From SAR202 cluster bacterium (lineage in GTDB: Bacteria > Chloroflexota > Dehalococcoidia > Lucifugimonadales > GCA-2719675): a stretch of DNA of 64,000 bases. The stretch is from the NCBI GenBank assembly GCA_009392295.1, contig VFGW01000012.1:77718-141717 (forward strand), in the 5' to 3' direction. Positions 9,062 to 19,073 of the stretch are shown here, piece after piece; the stretch's first letter is position 1, and every line of letters begins with the position of its first letter. The notes under the pieces were generated by a model. The model made no database searches and was not told the origin of the DNA. It saw only the letters and a list, made by a program, of their open reading frames with translations. The translations under genes and the position numbers were made by a program.

Positions 9062-10591
9062 TTAACTTGCATATTCAACTGATCTTTTTTCACGAACTAC
9101 AGTTACTTGAATTTGCCCTGGGTAAGCTAATTTTTCTTCAATCTCTTTAACTATTTGGTTAGCCAAAACAGCAGCTTCAGCATCATCAATTTTTTCAGGT
9201 TCAACCATTACTCTAATTTCTCTACCTGCTTGGATTGCAAAACACTTCTCAACTCCATCAAATCCCGCCCCAATTGCTTCTAAAGCTTCCATCCTTTGAA
9301 CATAATTTTCAACCGTGTCTTTTCTAGAACCTGGCCTAGCTGCACTAATAGCATCAGCAGCAGCAACTAAAAATGATTCAGCAGTAGAGTGTTCATCATC
9401 ATGATGCTCTCTAATACAAGCACAAACAGTTTGTCCTATCCTATTTTTACTTGCAATATCAGCACCAATTTGAGCATGTGGACCTTGAATTTCATGAGAT
9501 AAAGATTTACCTATATCATGAAGAAATCCCCCCATCATCGAAACTTTTGGATCAGCACCTATTTCGCAAGCCAAAGTTGAAGCTAAATAAGCAACCTCAA
9601 TACTATGTTTCAGTACATTTTGTCCATAACTATACCTATAGTTAAGTGAGCCCATTAATCTTGTCAACTCTCTATTAAGGCCCCTAAGGCCTAAATCAAG
9701 AATAGTATCCTGTCCTAATTTTCTGATATTTTCCATTAATTCTTTCTCAGTTTTTAGAACTACTTCTTCAATTCGGGCTGGTTGAATTCTGCCGTCTAAA
9801 ACAAGTTTAGCAATAGATAACCTAGCAACTTCTTTCCTAACGGGGTCGAAGCAACTCAAAGTTACAGACTCCGGTGTATCATCAATAATTAAATCTACAC
9901 CTGTTGCTTTTTCAATCGCACGGATATTTCGCCCTTCTCGGCCAATTAATCGTCCCTTCATTTCATCATTTGGCAAAGGTACAGTAGTAAGAGTTTGCTC
10001 AGACACAACATCTGATGATAATCTTTGAATCGCACTTGAAATCATTTCAATTGCTTTATCATTTGATTCTTCAGAAATTCTATCCTCTATTTCTTTATAC
10101 CTAACAGCTAAATCATGTTGAATCATTTCTTCAGTTCTAGTCATAATTTCTTCACTAGCTTCAGAAACAGATAAACCAGAAAGCTCTTCTAAATCATTCA
10201 ATGCCTTCTGTTCTATATCTTTTATACGTTCCTCTTCAGAACTAATCTCTTCTGCTCTTCTAGATAACTCTTTATCTTTACGATCCAAGTTGCTAGAACG
10301 TCGATCAACGTTATCTTCTTTATTTGACACCCGTTGTTCGATTCGTTGTAGATCTAGCCTTCTTGACCTCAGTTCATTTTCCATTTCTGATCGAATACCA
10401 ATGACTTCTTCTTGAGCTTGTAAAATCATTAATCGTTTTTCTTCCTCCGCACCCTTTAAAATTTCTGAAGCCTCATCTAAAGCTAAACCACTCCTCCTAT
10501 GATTCAATAACATTCTTAATAGAATAGTTACAATTGTTCCAATAATTAAACCGGAAAGGGCAGATAGGAAAATCAATACAATTGCATCCAT
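9062..10591 (-). CDS. rny: Ribonuclease Y
   Basis: It has an N-terminal TM helix, a coiled coil, a KH domain (GRLIGREGRNIRA) and an HD domain (GFLHDIGK). I moved the start to the ATG at 10591 (MDAIVLIF...), which is preceded by GAAAGGACGGTGGGAT. The ORF-track start at 10669 is the TTG inside the predicted -35 box. Confidence 0.9.
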   Translation of the reverse strand: MDAIVLIFLSALSGLIIGTIVTILLRMLLNHRRSGLALDEASEILKGAEEEKRLMILQAQEEVIGIRSEMENELRSRRLDLQRIEQRVSNKEDNVDRRSSNLDRKDKELSRRAEEISSEEERIKDIEQKALNDLEELSGLSVSEASEEIMTRTEEMIQHDLAVRYKEIEDRISEESNDKAIEMISSAIQRLSSDVVSEQTLTTVPLPNDEMKGRLIGREGRNIRAIEKATGVDLIIDDTPESVTLSCFDPVRKEVARLSIAKLVLDGRIQPARIEEVVLKTEKELMENIRKLGQDTILDLGLRGLNRELTRLMGSLNYRYSYGQNVLKHSIEVAYLASTLACEIGADPKVSMMGGFLHDIGKSLSHEIQGPHAQIGADIASKNRIGQTVCACIREHHDDEHSTAESFLVAAADAISAARPGSRKDTVENYVQRMEALEAIGAGFDGVEKCFAIQAGREIRVMVEPEKIDDAEAAVLANQIVKEIEEKLAYPGQIQVTVVREKRSVEYAS

Positions 10592-10640
10592 ATCCCACCG
10601 TCCTTTCTTTTTTATCACACAATACTTTGTGATAGCATAA

Positions 10641-10669
10641 ATACTATGATGTGTAACTAAGCATGTCAA
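10641..10669 (-). promoter_or_regulatory. Sigma70-type promoter for rny: TTGACA-17 nt-TAGTAT
   Basis: Read on the minus strand, the -35 TTGACA is at 10669-10664 and the -10 TAGTAT at 10646-10641, with a 17-nt spacer. This is about 50 nt upstream of the rny ATG. Confidence 0.55.
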
Positions 10670-10752
10670 GCTAATGAATCAAACGTATCTGATCACAATA
10701 GGTTATGTAATAAATTTATTAAAAAATTATCAAAATTCTATAGAAACTTCAC

Positions 10753-11991
10753 ATGTCCTATTCACAAAAAATTTCATTCAAACACCTTTTTGACCCATTC
10801 TACAATCCAAAATATAAAATTTTGTGGTTTTCAAATATGATTTCATATCAATCTAGATGGACACAACTAATCGTCTCAAACTGGATAGTATTAGAAATTA
10901 CAAATTCTCCATTCTTAGTTTCTTTAGTAGCATTTTGTGGAACTATACCATTGTTTTTTATAGGAATTTTAGGAGGACAGTTTGCTGACCAATTACCTAG
11001 AAAAAAATTACTCCTATTCACAGCAAGCGCATCTTTAACTGCTTCCTTAATAATACTAGGTGAAATCATCACAAATTCAATCGAATATTGGCATATTTAT
11101 ATATCTATCTCAATAATAGGAATTAGCTGGGCTATTGATATGCCTTCTCGCAGATCATTAATTCATGATTTTATGGATGGGAAACCAATAGCAAATGGGG
11201 TAGCGCTAGATTCAATAGGGATTAGTTTAGCAACTATGATTGGGCCAGCATTAGCTGGTGTTTTGATGTCAATATATGGAAGTATAAGCAGTTTAGCTCT
11301 AATTTGTATTTTTTATATTATTTCAATATTTTCAATCAATTTAATTCCAACAACTACACAAAGCAATCAAAATTCTAAACATCAATTACTTAAAATACAA
11401 TACAAAGAAATTTTTAATCTATTAAAAACTTATCCCATTATTATACCAACCATATTTTTAACGATAGTAATGAATCTTCTAATGTTTCCTTACACTTTTA
11501 TACTACCTGTGATTGCAAAAAACACCCTTGGATTAGAGCATGATCTAATGGGAATTCTTCAAGCAACTCCAGGTATAGGGGCAATGATTGGGACTATATT
11601 GATTTGTTCTTTTACTAAACTTCCTGATCACTATAAAATTTACTCTAATGGATGTTTAATTGCTTTTTTGGGGGTTCTTTGTTTTGCAATTTCAACAAAT
11701 TTTATTACATCAAGCTTCATATTAATCTTAGTAGGACTAGGTACAGCTGGATTTGCCTCAATGCAATCCACAATCATTCTTACTAACACCCCTTACAATA
11801 AAAGAGGATTAGCACTTGGACTAATCACAATTGCAATTGGAACCGGACCATTTGGTGCATTATTTATTGGTCAAATTGCAGAAATTTTCAACCCACAAAA
11901 TGCTCTAATTCTAAATTCATTATTAGGATTAACTCTTACAATACTATCAATCATTTCACTAAAAATTAAAAAAATAACTCCTTCTAATTAA
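10753..11991 (+). CDS. MFS-family transporter
   Basis: 412 aa with about 12 hydrophobic segments. A loop motif DQLPRKKLL lies between TM2 and TM3. Confidence 0.75.
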   Translation: MSYSQKISFKHLFDPFYNPKYKILWFSNMISYQSRWTQLIVSNWIVLEITNSPFLVSLVAFCGTIPLFFIGILGGQFADQLPRKKLLLFTASASLTASLIILGEIITNSIEYWHIYISISIIGISWAIDMPSRRSLIHDFMDGKPIANGVALDSIGISLATMIGPALAGVLMSIYGSISSLALICIFYIISIFSINLIPTTTQSNQNSKHQLLKIQYKEIFNLLKTYPIIIPTIFLTIVMNLLMFPYTFILPVIAKNTLGLEHDLMGILQATPGIGAMIGTILICSFTKLPDHYKIYSNGCLIAFLGVLCFAISTNFITSSFILILVGLGTAGFASMQSTIILTNTPYNKRGLALGLITIAIGTGPFGALFIGQIAEIFNPQNALILNSLLGLTLTILSIISLKIKKITPSN

Positions 11992-12084
11992 CAACTTTTG
12001 AATGCAAATTAATCAATTAATGTCACAAACTTCAAAAAAATCAAGCATTCGTGATTTGTTCAACTTGTTAAATAGAATTGATAT

Positions 12085-12113
12085 TTGACCTAAATTAAAC
12101 TTGAAAATATAAT
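12085..12113 (+). promoter_or_regulatory. Sigma70-type promoter for purF: TTGACC-17 nt-TATAAT
   Basis: The -35 is at 12085-12090 and the -10 at 12108-12113. A GAGG RBS precedes the ATG at 12150. Confidence 0.55.
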
Positions 12114-12149
12114 TCAATTCGAAATTATATCCTTCCCCATGAGGTAAAA

Positions 12150-13550
12150 ATGCTATTCGATGATAAAGTTATGGAAGAATGTGGAGTTGTAGGCGTCTAT
12201 TCACCATCTCAAGAAGTTTCTAAATTGGCTTTTTTTGCTCTATATGCACTCCAACACAGAGGACAAGAAAGCGCAGGCATTGCATCATTTGATAATAAAG
12301 ATATCCATCTTTTTACATCTATGGGTTTAGTTTCGCAAGCAATTCATGGAGATGATCTTCTTAAATTAAAAGGTGATTTTGCAATCGGACATACTCGATA
12401 TTCAACTACAGGAAGTAGCAATATTCGTAATGCTCAACCTATTATTTCAAATGGACCTCAAATAAAAATTGCTTTAGCTCATAACGGAAACGTGGTGAAC
12501 GCAAAAGATATCAAAGAAGAATTAATTCAATTAGATTGTTCTTTCTCATCTGGAAGTGATTCGGAAATTATAGCAAATTTAATTACTCATTCTCCATACA
12601 CATCTTGGGAAGAAAGAATATCATACCTGATGAGAAAATTAAAAGGTGCTTATTCTTTAACAGTTTTGACAGAAGAAGGCATAATTGGAATTAGAGATCC
12701 TTTAGGAGTGCGTCCTTTATGTATTGGAAATTTAAACGATGGATTCATAATAGCATCAGAAAGTTGTGCGTTAGATAATCTTGGGGCAAAATTTATCAGA
12801 GAGATTGATCCTGGAGAAGCGGTGATTATAAACGAAAAAGGGGTCCAATCTATTTTTAAATCTACTGAAAAAAATTGTAATTCATGTATATTTGAACACA
12901 TCTATTTCTCAAGACCTGACAGCATTCTAGACGATCAATTAGTCTATCATAGCAGAATGCTTATGGGCGCAGAACTAGCTAAAGAGCATCCTGTAGATGC
13001 TGATTTTGTGATAGGTATTCCTGACTCTGCTACAGCAGCAGCAGTTGGTTATTCTCAAGAATCAGGTATTCCTTACTCTGAGGCACTTGTAAAAAACAGA
13101 TATGTTGGTAGAACTTTCATTCAACCTGACCAAAATCTTCGTGATCTAGGAGTAAAAACAAAATTGAACCCACTAACAAATCTAATATCAGGGAAAAAAC
13201 TTATTGTTGTGGATGATAGTATTGTTAGAGGAACTACCACGCCACATGTTGTCAAACTCCTAAAAAATGCTGGGGTTTTAGAAGTACATCTTAGAATCAC
13301 CGCACCACCAATTAAACACCCTTGTCAATTAGGAATAGATATGGCAACAAAGAAAGAACTTATCGCTTCAAATATGTCTGTAAATGAAATTTGCGAATTT
13401 GTTGGTGCTGACTCTTTAGGCTATTTAAGCTTAGGCGGTCTAATGAAAACCATGAATAAACCTTCATCTGAATATTGCACAGGTTGCTTCACAGGGAATC
13501 ATCCAGTACCTTTTCAATTAGAATTAGACAAACTAAATCTTGAATTTTAA
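12150..13550 (+). CDS. purF: Amidophosphoribosyltransferase
   Basis: 466 aa. A short propeptide is followed by the nucleophile Cys (MEE-CGVVGV). It has the PRPP loop VDDSIVRGTT and C-terminal Cys residues consistent with the Fe-S type. Confidence 0.93.
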   Translation: MLFDDKVMEECGVVGVYSPSQEVSKLAFFALYALQHRGQESAGIASFDNKDIHLFTSMGLVSQAIHGDDLLKLKGDFAIGHTRYSTTGSSNIRNAQPIISNGPQIKIALAHNGNVVNAKDIKEELIQLDCSFSSGSDSEIIANLITHSPYTSWEERISYLMRKLKGAYSLTVLTEEGIIGIRDPLGVRPLCIGNLNDGFIIASESCALDNLGAKFIREIDPGEAVIINEKGVQSIFKSTEKNCNSCIFEHIYFSRPDSILDDQLVYHSRMLMGAELAKEHPVDADFVIGIPDSATAAAVGYSQESGIPYSEALVKNRYVGRTFIQPDQNLRDLGVKTKLNPLTNLISGKKLIVVDDSIVRGTTTPHVVKLLKNAGVLEVHLRITAPPIKHPCQLGIDMATKKELIASNMSVNEICEFVGADSLGYLSLGGLMKTMNKPSSEYCTGCFTGNHPVPFQLELDKLNLEF

Positions 13551-13561
13551 CTGATAATCCT

Positions 13562-14578
13562 ATGAATACTTATGAATCCTCTGGTGTAAATAGAAATTCC
13601 GCAAATGAAGCAAAAGAGCTAATTGCTAAAGCTGTTTCGGAAATACATGGTAATTCAGCAGCAAGCTTAATTGGAAAATTTGGCGCTAGCTTTGATATTT
13701 CCAAATATACATCCCCAATTTTAATTTCAAGTACCGATGGTGTAGGAACAAAAACCAAATTAACTTCTATGACAAATTACTACGACAATATTGGTTTTGA
13801 CATAGTCAATGCCTGTGTGAATGATATATTAGTTAATCGTGGAAAACCGTTATTTTTTCTTGATTACATTGGTACAAGTGAAATTATCCCAGATACAATT
13901 GGCAAAATAGCAAAAAGTATCGCTTCAGCATGCCTAGAAAATGAATGCCAACTTATAGGAGGAGAAACGGCTGAAATGCCTGGAATATATACCGGTAAAG
14001 ATTTTGACTTAGTGGGATTTGTTGTAGGAGTTTTAGACAATTCATTAATATGTCGTGACGAAGAAATTCAAGAAGGTGATCTGTTAATAGGAGTCCCCTC
14101 CAATGGTATACATACAAATGGCTTCTCTCTGATAAGAAAAGTTTTTGACTTAGACACTAATCCTAGTAGATTATCAAAATTTGAACCTTCGCTAAATTCA
14201 ACTTTAGGGGAAGAATTATTAAAACCACATATAAGTTATTTAAAAGAAACTAAAAAATCGGCTCAACAAATTAAAGCAATGTGTCATATCACAGGTGGGG
14301 GTTTTTACGAAAATCTACCAAGAGTCATACCATCAAATTTTACAGCAAAATTATATCCTGAATCCTGGGAAATACCTAACATTTTCAAACTGACACAAAA
14401 TGAAGGTAATATAGAAAATAAAGAAATGTGGCATGTATTTAATATGGGTATTGGTATGGTTTTTATAGTCTCACCAAAAAATTTAAAATCCATACTTGAT
14501 AACATCCCTAAAAGTACCAAAATCGGTGAAATTACTGCTAATAAAAATCATCCTGTTATCATCGATGGAATTGAATAA
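13562..14578 (+). CDS. purM: Phosphoribosylformylglycinamidine cyclo-ligase (AIR synthetase)
   Basis: 338 aa with STDGVGTKTKL and GGETAEMPG motifs. Confidence 0.92.
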   Translation: MNTYESSGVNRNSANEAKELIAKAVSEIHGNSAASLIGKFGASFDISKYTSPILISSTDGVGTKTKLTSMTNYYDNIGFDIVNACVNDILVNRGKPLFFLDYIGTSEIIPDTIGKIAKSIASACLENECQLIGGETAEMPGIYTGKDFDLVGFVVGVLDNSLICRDEEIQEGDLLIGVPSNGIHTNGFSLIRKVFDLDTNPSRLSKFEPSLNSTLGEELLKPHISYLKETKKSAQQIKAMCHITGGGFYENLPRVIPSNFTAKLYPESWEIPNIFKLTQNEGNIENKEMWHVFNMGIGMVFIVSPKNLKSILDNIPKSTKIGEITANKNHPVIIDGIE

Positions 14579-14593
14579 CTCGAGAGGATATTA

Positions 14594-16144
14594 ATGAAAG
14601 CTATTATAAGCGTATCAAATAAAGATGGTTTAAAAACCTTCGCAAAAAAATTACTTGATTTGGGTTTCGAAATTATTAGTACTGGTGGAACTAAACAATT
14701 TTTAGAACAAAATAAAATTCCTGTAACAGCTGTTTCAGATATAACACAATTCCCTGAAATACTAAATGGAAGAGTCAAAACTCTTCATCCTGCAATTCAT
14801 GGGGGAATCTTATCTACTAATGAGCAACATCATACCAATGAAATTAATAAGCATGGTATCGAACAAATTAGTTTAGTAATAGTCAATTTATATCCATTTC
14901 TAGAAACTATAAAAAATGAAAAAACAACATTCCAAGAAGCTTTAGAAAATATTGACATCGGAGGCCCCACAATGGTCCGGGCTGCTGCCAAAAATTTTTC
15001 AAATGTGATACCTATAATAGACCCAGAAGATTATCCGTGGATTATTGAGAAAATGCAAAATTCAAAATCTCCCAAATCTGCTTTAAATTGTATTTCTTTA
15101 AATGAAAGGAAAAAGTTAGCGGTTAAAGCCTTTGAACATATTTCAGTTTATGATGCGACAATTACAAATTATTTAAAAAATGGTTCTAACGAATATTTTG
15201 GAAGACATCAAACTTTTGGATTTATTAAAACCCAGAACTTAAGATACGGTGAAAATCCTCACCAGACAGCTGCAGTATATTCAAATCCATCGACATCAAA
15301 TGGAATAGTAAATTCAAAACAACTCCATGGGATTGAAATGTCATTTAATAATTACTTAGATGCTGATGCTGCTATTGAATTAGTTTCTAATTTTGACAAA
15401 CATGCTGTTGTGGTAGTTAAGCATAATAATCCATGTGGTTTATCCATCAATACTGAACAAAGCATAGCTTATGAAATGGCATATCAAGCTGACCCTGTTT
15501 CAGCTTTCGGTGGAATTGTTGGATTCAATTCTGAAGTAACCGAAAAAACAGCTTTAGCAATGAAAGGGATTTTTTTCGACGTAATTGTTGCACCAAAATT
15601 TAGTGATGAAGCGTTAGAAATTTTAAAAAAACGCAAAAAATCCAGAATTGTATCGTTTAATCCAAGCAAAGAATCTAATTTCACATCTGATATGGATGTT
15701 AAATTAATTTCGGGAGGAGCACTAATTCAAATAAAAGATAATTTAGTTGAAAATCTTACTGAATGGAAAAACGTCACAAAATTAAAAACAAATAAAAATG
15801 AATTTAAAGATGCCACTTTTGCTTGGACAATTGCAAAATATGTTAAATCTAATGCTATTGTTTTAGTTAAAGAAAACACTCTTTTAGGAATGGGAGCGGG
15901 ACAACCCAATCGAGTTTCAAGCTTAGAAATTGCATTAAAACAAGCAGGAAATAAAAGTGTATCAAGTATTTTAGCATCAGATGCTTTTATCCCTTTTCCA
16001 GATACTATTGATTTAGCAAGCAAAGGAAAAATTTCTTGCATAATTCAACCTGGGGGATCTATTAGAGATAAAGAAGTGATTGAAAAAGCTAATGAACTAG
16101 GTATCAAAATGATATTTACCGGCATCAGACATTTTAGGCATTAA
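14594..16144 (+). CDS. purH: Bifunctional AICAR transformylase / IMP cyclohydrolase
   Basis: 516 aa. It has an N-terminal MGS-like domain (MKAIISVSNKDGL...STGGT), RVKTLHP and the C-terminal GIRHFRH. Confidence 0.93.
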   Translation: MKAIISVSNKDGLKTFAKKLLDLGFEIISTGGTKQFLEQNKIPVTAVSDITQFPEILNGRVKTLHPAIHGGILSTNEQHHTNEINKHGIEQISLVIVNLYPFLETIKNEKTTFQEALENIDIGGPTMVRAAAKNFSNVIPIIDPEDYPWIIEKMQNSKSPKSALNCISLNERKKLAVKAFEHISVYDATITNYLKNGSNEYFGRHQTFGFIKTQNLRYGENPHQTAAVYSNPSTSNGIVNSKQLHGIEMSFNNYLDADAAIELVSNFDKHAVVVVKHNNPCGLSINTEQSIAYEMAYQADPVSAFGGIVGFNSEVTEKTALAMKGIFFDVIVAPKFSDEALEILKKRKKSRIVSFNPSKESNFTSDMDVKLISGGALIQIKDNLVENLTEWKNVTKLKTNKNEFKDATFAWTIAKYVKSNAIVLVKENTLLGMGAGQPNRVSSLEIALKQAGNKSVSSILASDAFIPFPDTIDLASKGKISCIIQPGGSIRDKEVIEKANELGIKMIFTGIRHFRH

Positions 16145-16151
16145 TTTCAAA

Positions 16152-16871
16152 ATGAATAAATCATTAGATATCGTACTACCTGTATATAATGAAGAAATAA
16201 TCCTGAAACATAGTGTCTCAGTAATTTTGGAATTCGTCACCCAGCACTTAAATACCTATAATACAAATATTATTATTGTTGATAATGGATCTACAGATTC
16301 AACTTTCGAAATTGCACAAAAATTATCAAAATCTAATAAAAATGTTCAAGCAAAAAAAATCAAAACAAAAGGTCGAGGAATCGCTTTGAAATCAACATGG
16401 TTAGAAAGTTCTTCTGATATGTTAGCATACATGGATATAGATCTATCAACAGATATTTCATCTCTAATAACATTAATTAACGAACTCAATGTGAATAATT
16501 TTGATATCGTAATCGGCTCAAGGTTGTTAAAAAATTCAGTAGTCTCAAACAGAAAATTTCTTAGGACTTTAACTTCAAAAACATATTCTTATTTAACCAG
16601 ATCCTTATTCCTTAGCAAAATACATGATTTTCAATGTGGTTTTAAAATAATCAATCAATATACAGCAAAAATTTTGCTCCCAAAAATTCAAGACTCGGGG
16701 TGGTTTTTCGATACAGAATTATTATTGTTAGCTGAAAATAAAAAACTAAAAATCAAAGAAATTCCTGTGAAATGGACTGATGATCGTGATAGTAAAGTAG
16801 ACGTCATAAAAACTATCATAACCGATCTCAAGGGACTTTTGAGAATGAGGATATGGGGCTTAAAAAAATAA
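16152..16871 (+). CDS. GT2 glycosyltransferase, polyprenol-phosphate sugar transferase-like (DPM1/GtrB-like)
   Basis: 239 aa. It has the N-terminal VLPVYNEE, then VDNGSTDST and a DxD-like MDIDLS. Confidence 0.75.
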   Translation: MNKSLDIVLPVYNEEIILKHSVSVILEFVTQHLNTYNTNIIIVDNGSTDSTFEIAQKLSKSNKNVQAKKIKTKGRGIALKSTWLESSSDMLAYMDIDLSTDISSLITLINELNVNNFDIVIGSRLLKNSVVSNRKFLRTLTSKTYSYLTRSLFLSKIHDFQCGFKIINQYTAKILLPKIQDSGWFFDTELLLLAENKKLKIKEIPVKWTDDRDSKVDVIKTIITDLKGLLRMRIWGLKK

Positions 16872-16902
16872 GAATGGAGCAAATATTAAATCTTTTAAAC
16901 AC

Positions 16903-17742
16903 CTAAATGCCTATTAAATCAATGGGATTATCTTTAGACAATAAAACTAATTCTTCAGCCTTCATTCCAACATTTAGTAATTCAGCAATCGCCATTCTCA
17001 TACCTTCAGCAGGAACTGGGTTTAACCATTGACCAAAATCCGTTGTTAATATACTATTTTTTACTCCAACTTTTCTTATCATTTCCGCAAACTTATCAAC
17101 TGTAATCCTATTTCTAGATGGAGTACAAACTAAAAATGGGAATTCTATTTTAACTCCCAAACTCGCTAGTTCCAGTTGATGGTGAATATCAACAAATGAG
17201 CCAGCATGAGTTAAAACCATTTTTTGAATTTTCATATCTTTGGCTACTTTAAAAAGTAATTTAGCATCATCAAAACTCATCTTACCAGAAGAAATTAATA
17301 AATCTTTTGATTTAACAATTTCTAAAATTTCTAAAACAGGCTTTGTTAAATCACCTAAATTATCAGACACTGAAAAATCATTATTCATTCGAGATTTCAT
17401 ACTTTCAGGAAACCAAACTACTTTTGCCCCCAAATCTACAGCTGACTGAACTGCAACAGGATTAATTCCTCCAATTTCATCATTTAAAGTAATAGAGCTA
17501 ATTACAGTTAAATCAGGATAAATTTCGTTTAGGATGGAAGCTACAGGCGCAGTCGAATAATGATGGGATTGTAATACAAAACCTTTCATTCCAAACTCTT
17601 GAGCATATCTAGCTGTTTCCAAAGGCCCCAATCTGAATTTTGAGTCGCTTCCTGGGTTAGAATGAACATGTAAATCAAACGAACCCTGTAAAATATCTTC
17701 AATTATTCTATTAAAATCTATATCTTTCAATATTAACCTCAA
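16903..17742 (-). CDS. Putative TIM-barrel metal-dependent hydrolase (amidohydrolase/PHP-like); function unknown
   Basis: 279 aa. An N-terminal DLHVHSNPG metal-binding-like motif and later His residues (QSHHY, LTHAG) are present. The assignment is weak. Confidence 0.45.
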   Translation of the reverse strand: MRLILKDIDFNRIIEDILQGSFDLHVHSNPGSDSKFRLGPLETARYAQEFGMKGFVLQSHHYSTAPVASILNEIYPDLTVISSITLNDEIGGINPVAVQSAVDLGAKVVWFPESMKSRMNNDFSVSDNLGDLTKPVLEILEIVKSKDLLISSGKMSFDDAKLLFKVAKDMKIQKMVLTHAGSFVDIHHQLELASLGVKIEFPFLVCTPSRNRITVDKFAEMIRKVGVKNSILTTDFGQWLNPVPAEGMRMAIAELLNVGMKAEELVLLSKDNPIDLIGI

Positions 17743-17949
17743 GCAAAAACAGTATACTTAAAAATCTATGTGAAATTCAATGATCAACATATATAATTGT
17801 ATTCACATATTTGAACACAATAAAAAATATATTTTGTTATTGTAAAAAACTTATTTCAATATTTTCATTCATCCAAAAATATCGGAACTAAAATAATACT
17901 GAATTAAAAAATCCAAACTTAATTAACTTGATCAACACCACTAACAATT

Positions 17950-17979
17950 GTTGACATAAGTCATATCAACCTGTATTAT
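17950..17979 (+). promoter_or_regulatory. Promoter of the hspR-grpE-dnaK operon (TTGACA-17 nt-TATTAT) overlapped by a HAIR-like inverted repeat
   Basis: The -35 is at 17951-17956 and the -10 at 17974-17979. The inverted repeat GTTGACAT-N5-ATATCAAC spans 17950-17970 and has the TTGA-N11-TCAA core spacing of the HspR operator consensus CTTGAGT-N7-ACTCAAG. Confidence 0.55.
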
Positions 17980-18023
17980 TTTTTATAGTTAATTATTAAA
18001 CACTTGGTAAACAGATTTAAATA

Positions 18024-18431
18024 ATGGATTTTTTCACACATACTAAATTAGGTAAAATTATTCAAAGAGAATATCATTTTCAACAACCTGACATACAAGA
18101 AGGTGTCTATATAATTAGTGTGGCTGCTAAAATCTTAGAAATGCACCCTCAAACTCTGAGAAAATATGAAAGATTTGGTCTTATTTCTCCAACTAGAACT
18201 GTGGGTATGCTAAGGCTTTACTCAGAAGAAGACATTGCTAGGTTAAAATTAATCAAACGTCTTGCTGGCGAGTTAGGTATTAATTTAGCAGGAATTCATC
18301 TAATTCTAGGGATATTTAATAAATTACTAGCAATGAGAAATTCAATTCCTGAACTTAAATCACAGGCTGATCAAGAATTTATAACAAAAAAATTAAATGA
18401 AATTCTAGATATCCTGCAAAACAGTCAGTGA
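18024..18431 (+). CDS. hspR: MerR-family heat-shock repressor, HspR-like
   Basis: 135 aa. It has a MerR HTH (YIISVAAKILEMHPQTLRKYERFGLISPTR) and sits immediately upstream of grpE-dnaK. Confidence 0.8.
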   Translation: MDFFTHTKLGKIIQREYHFQQPDIQEGVYIISVAAKILEMHPQTLRKYERFGLISPTRTVGMLRLYSEEDIARLKLIKRLAGELGINLAGIHLILGIFNKLLAMRNSIPELKSQADQEFITKKLNEILDILQNSQ

Positions 18432-18464
18432 ACTAATTATCAATTTCAATAGAAAGCATAATGC

Positions 18465-19073
18465 ATGAAAAAGTCATCTCGTCAAAAAAATAGAAATACA
18501 GATCCGGTTAAAAAAGATAATCTAGAAAATCTTATATCCAGCGAATTTGATTCTTTAACTGAAAACCAAAAAATAACAGAATTAAAAGATGAACTAGAAT
18601 CTGTTAAAGCAGAAAAAATTCAATTCCACCAAATAGCCCAAAGAGCTCAAGCTGACCTGATCAATTACAAAAATAGAACAGAACAAGAAAAAAAAGACAT
18701 CCGAGATAAAAGTAAACATCAAATAATATTAAAATTAATTTCAGTAATTGATGACGTAGAAAGAGCAATTAATTCTTTACCAAAAAATTCCGATTCTAAT
18801 GATTGGCAAACAGGAATAGAATTAATTCAAAAAACATTAATTAATACTTTGGAATCCGAGGGAGTTACAAAAATCAACCCTCTCAATCAACAATTTGATC
18901 CTTTTACTTGCGAGGCAATTTTATATCAAGAAAACAAAGATGCTCAAGATGGACAAGTTACTGAAGTAATGCGCCCAGGATACATTATCAATGAAAAAAT
19001 ACTAAGACCAGCACAGGTAATAGTAGCTCAAAATGAAACTTACAAAAATCAGGAGGAAAATAACAATGCCTAA
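18465..19073 (+). CDS. grpE: Nucleotide exchange factor GrpE
   Basis: 202 aa. It has a coiled-coil N-terminus, a GrpE-type C-terminus ([16 protein letters not shown]) and an 8-nt overlap with dnaK. Confidence 0.88.
   Translation: MKKSSRQKNRNTDPVKKDNLENLISSEFDSLTENQKITELKDELESVKAEKIQFHQIAQRAQADLINYKNRTEQEKKDIRDKSKHQIILKLISVIDDVERAINSLPKNSDSNDWQTGIELIQKTLINTLESEGVTKINPLNQQFDPFTCEAILYQENKDAQDGQVTEVMRPGYIINEKILRPAQVIVAQNETYKNQEENNNA

Noticed and set aside
11992-12149. A possible purine or ZTP riboswitch upstream of purF.
   Set aside because: It has only a good promoter (TTGACC-17-TATAAT) and a ~35-nt UTR. None of the conserved GC-rich riboswitch cores are present.
19033-19065. The ORF-track N-terminal extension of dnaK ([11 protein letters not shown]).
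   Set aside because: A strong AGGAGG precedes the internal ATG at 19066, which yields the conserved [14 protein letters not shown] start. The extension overlaps grpE coding sequence.
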